DNA of 64,000 nt, from assembly GCA_001938485.1 (NCBI GenBank), contig MQRK01230866.1, positions 60,943 to 124,942 of the forward strand. Direction: 5' to 3'. Source of the stretch: Girardia tigrina (taxonomy: Eukaryota). The notes under the pieces are model-generated. The model worked only from the letters and a program-made list of their open reading frames with translations, was not told the DNA's origin and ran no database searches. A program made the translations under genes and the position numbers. Positions 63,636-64,000 of the stretch are shown piece by piece. Position 1 is the stretch's first letter; every line of letters begins with the position of its first letter.

Positions 63636-64000
63636 TACCGTATTACTTCGATTTAACGCCGCATCCTTATGCGATATTTAATAGTAAACGCCGCATTAAA
63701 GAATACAATTATACAATCAATCATAATTTATAATATAATATACAGTATTACTTCGATTTAACGCCGCAGCATTCTTTTTTTTCCTTTAAGCACGACAAAC
63801 GGAGGTAATTTGCGTCCATCAGCCATATCTGACAGACACACTGTGATGCGACTTTTTTTCATGTCCAGTCGTAAGCATAGGAACATGCTGTACTCCACGA
63901 ATATCCACTGTTGCATCTCCGGGCATATCCGTCCATGTTGCGGTTTCATCCATGTTGCCAATATTTTCTGACCGCAGCAGATGTTGGCATCGTTGCTCTT
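63636..64000 (-). mobile_element. pogo-family element end with duplicated TIR and DDE_1 fragment
   Basis: TAc(c/a)gtattacttcgatttaacgccgca at 63636 and 63741; KSRITVCLS.MADGRKLPPFVVLKGK. Confidence 0.8.

Overview
AT-rich, gapped, repeat-dense animal genomic DNA. Tiny 40-65 nt introns alongside multi-kb TE-filled introns and the TE spectrum are compatible with an invertebrate such as a planarian (inference only). Two spliced host genes can be read. On the + strand is RNF11 (exons 2812-2966, 16149-16317, 16362-16613; 13.2-kb intron; unusual C-terminal extension). On the - strand is a synaptotagmin-like (SYTL4/5-type) tandem-C2 gene (exons 47363-47468, 47153-47311, 46644-46846, 39555-39897). Intronless, damaged or truncated copies of other host genes are scattered in introns and intergenic DNA: a P5B-ATPase C-terminus, a Rab escort protein and a sedoheptulokinase N-terminus. 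The rest is a transposon graveyard: pogo/Tigger, Tc1/mariner, hAT, piggyBac, MITEs, a Helitron-like element, solo LTRs, Gypsy, BEL/Pao, RTE, RLE-type non-LTR, Penelope with a hammerhead ribozyme, a 5S-derived SINE and a 28S rRNA fragment. No intact novel multi-gene system is evident. The most unusual items are a cargo of gene and TE fragments bracketed by a perfect 134-bp direct repeat, a solo-LTR family with built-in splice signals, the RNF11 extension, and composite or fold-back Tc1 structures. All family assignments come from motif recognition by eye, not database searches.
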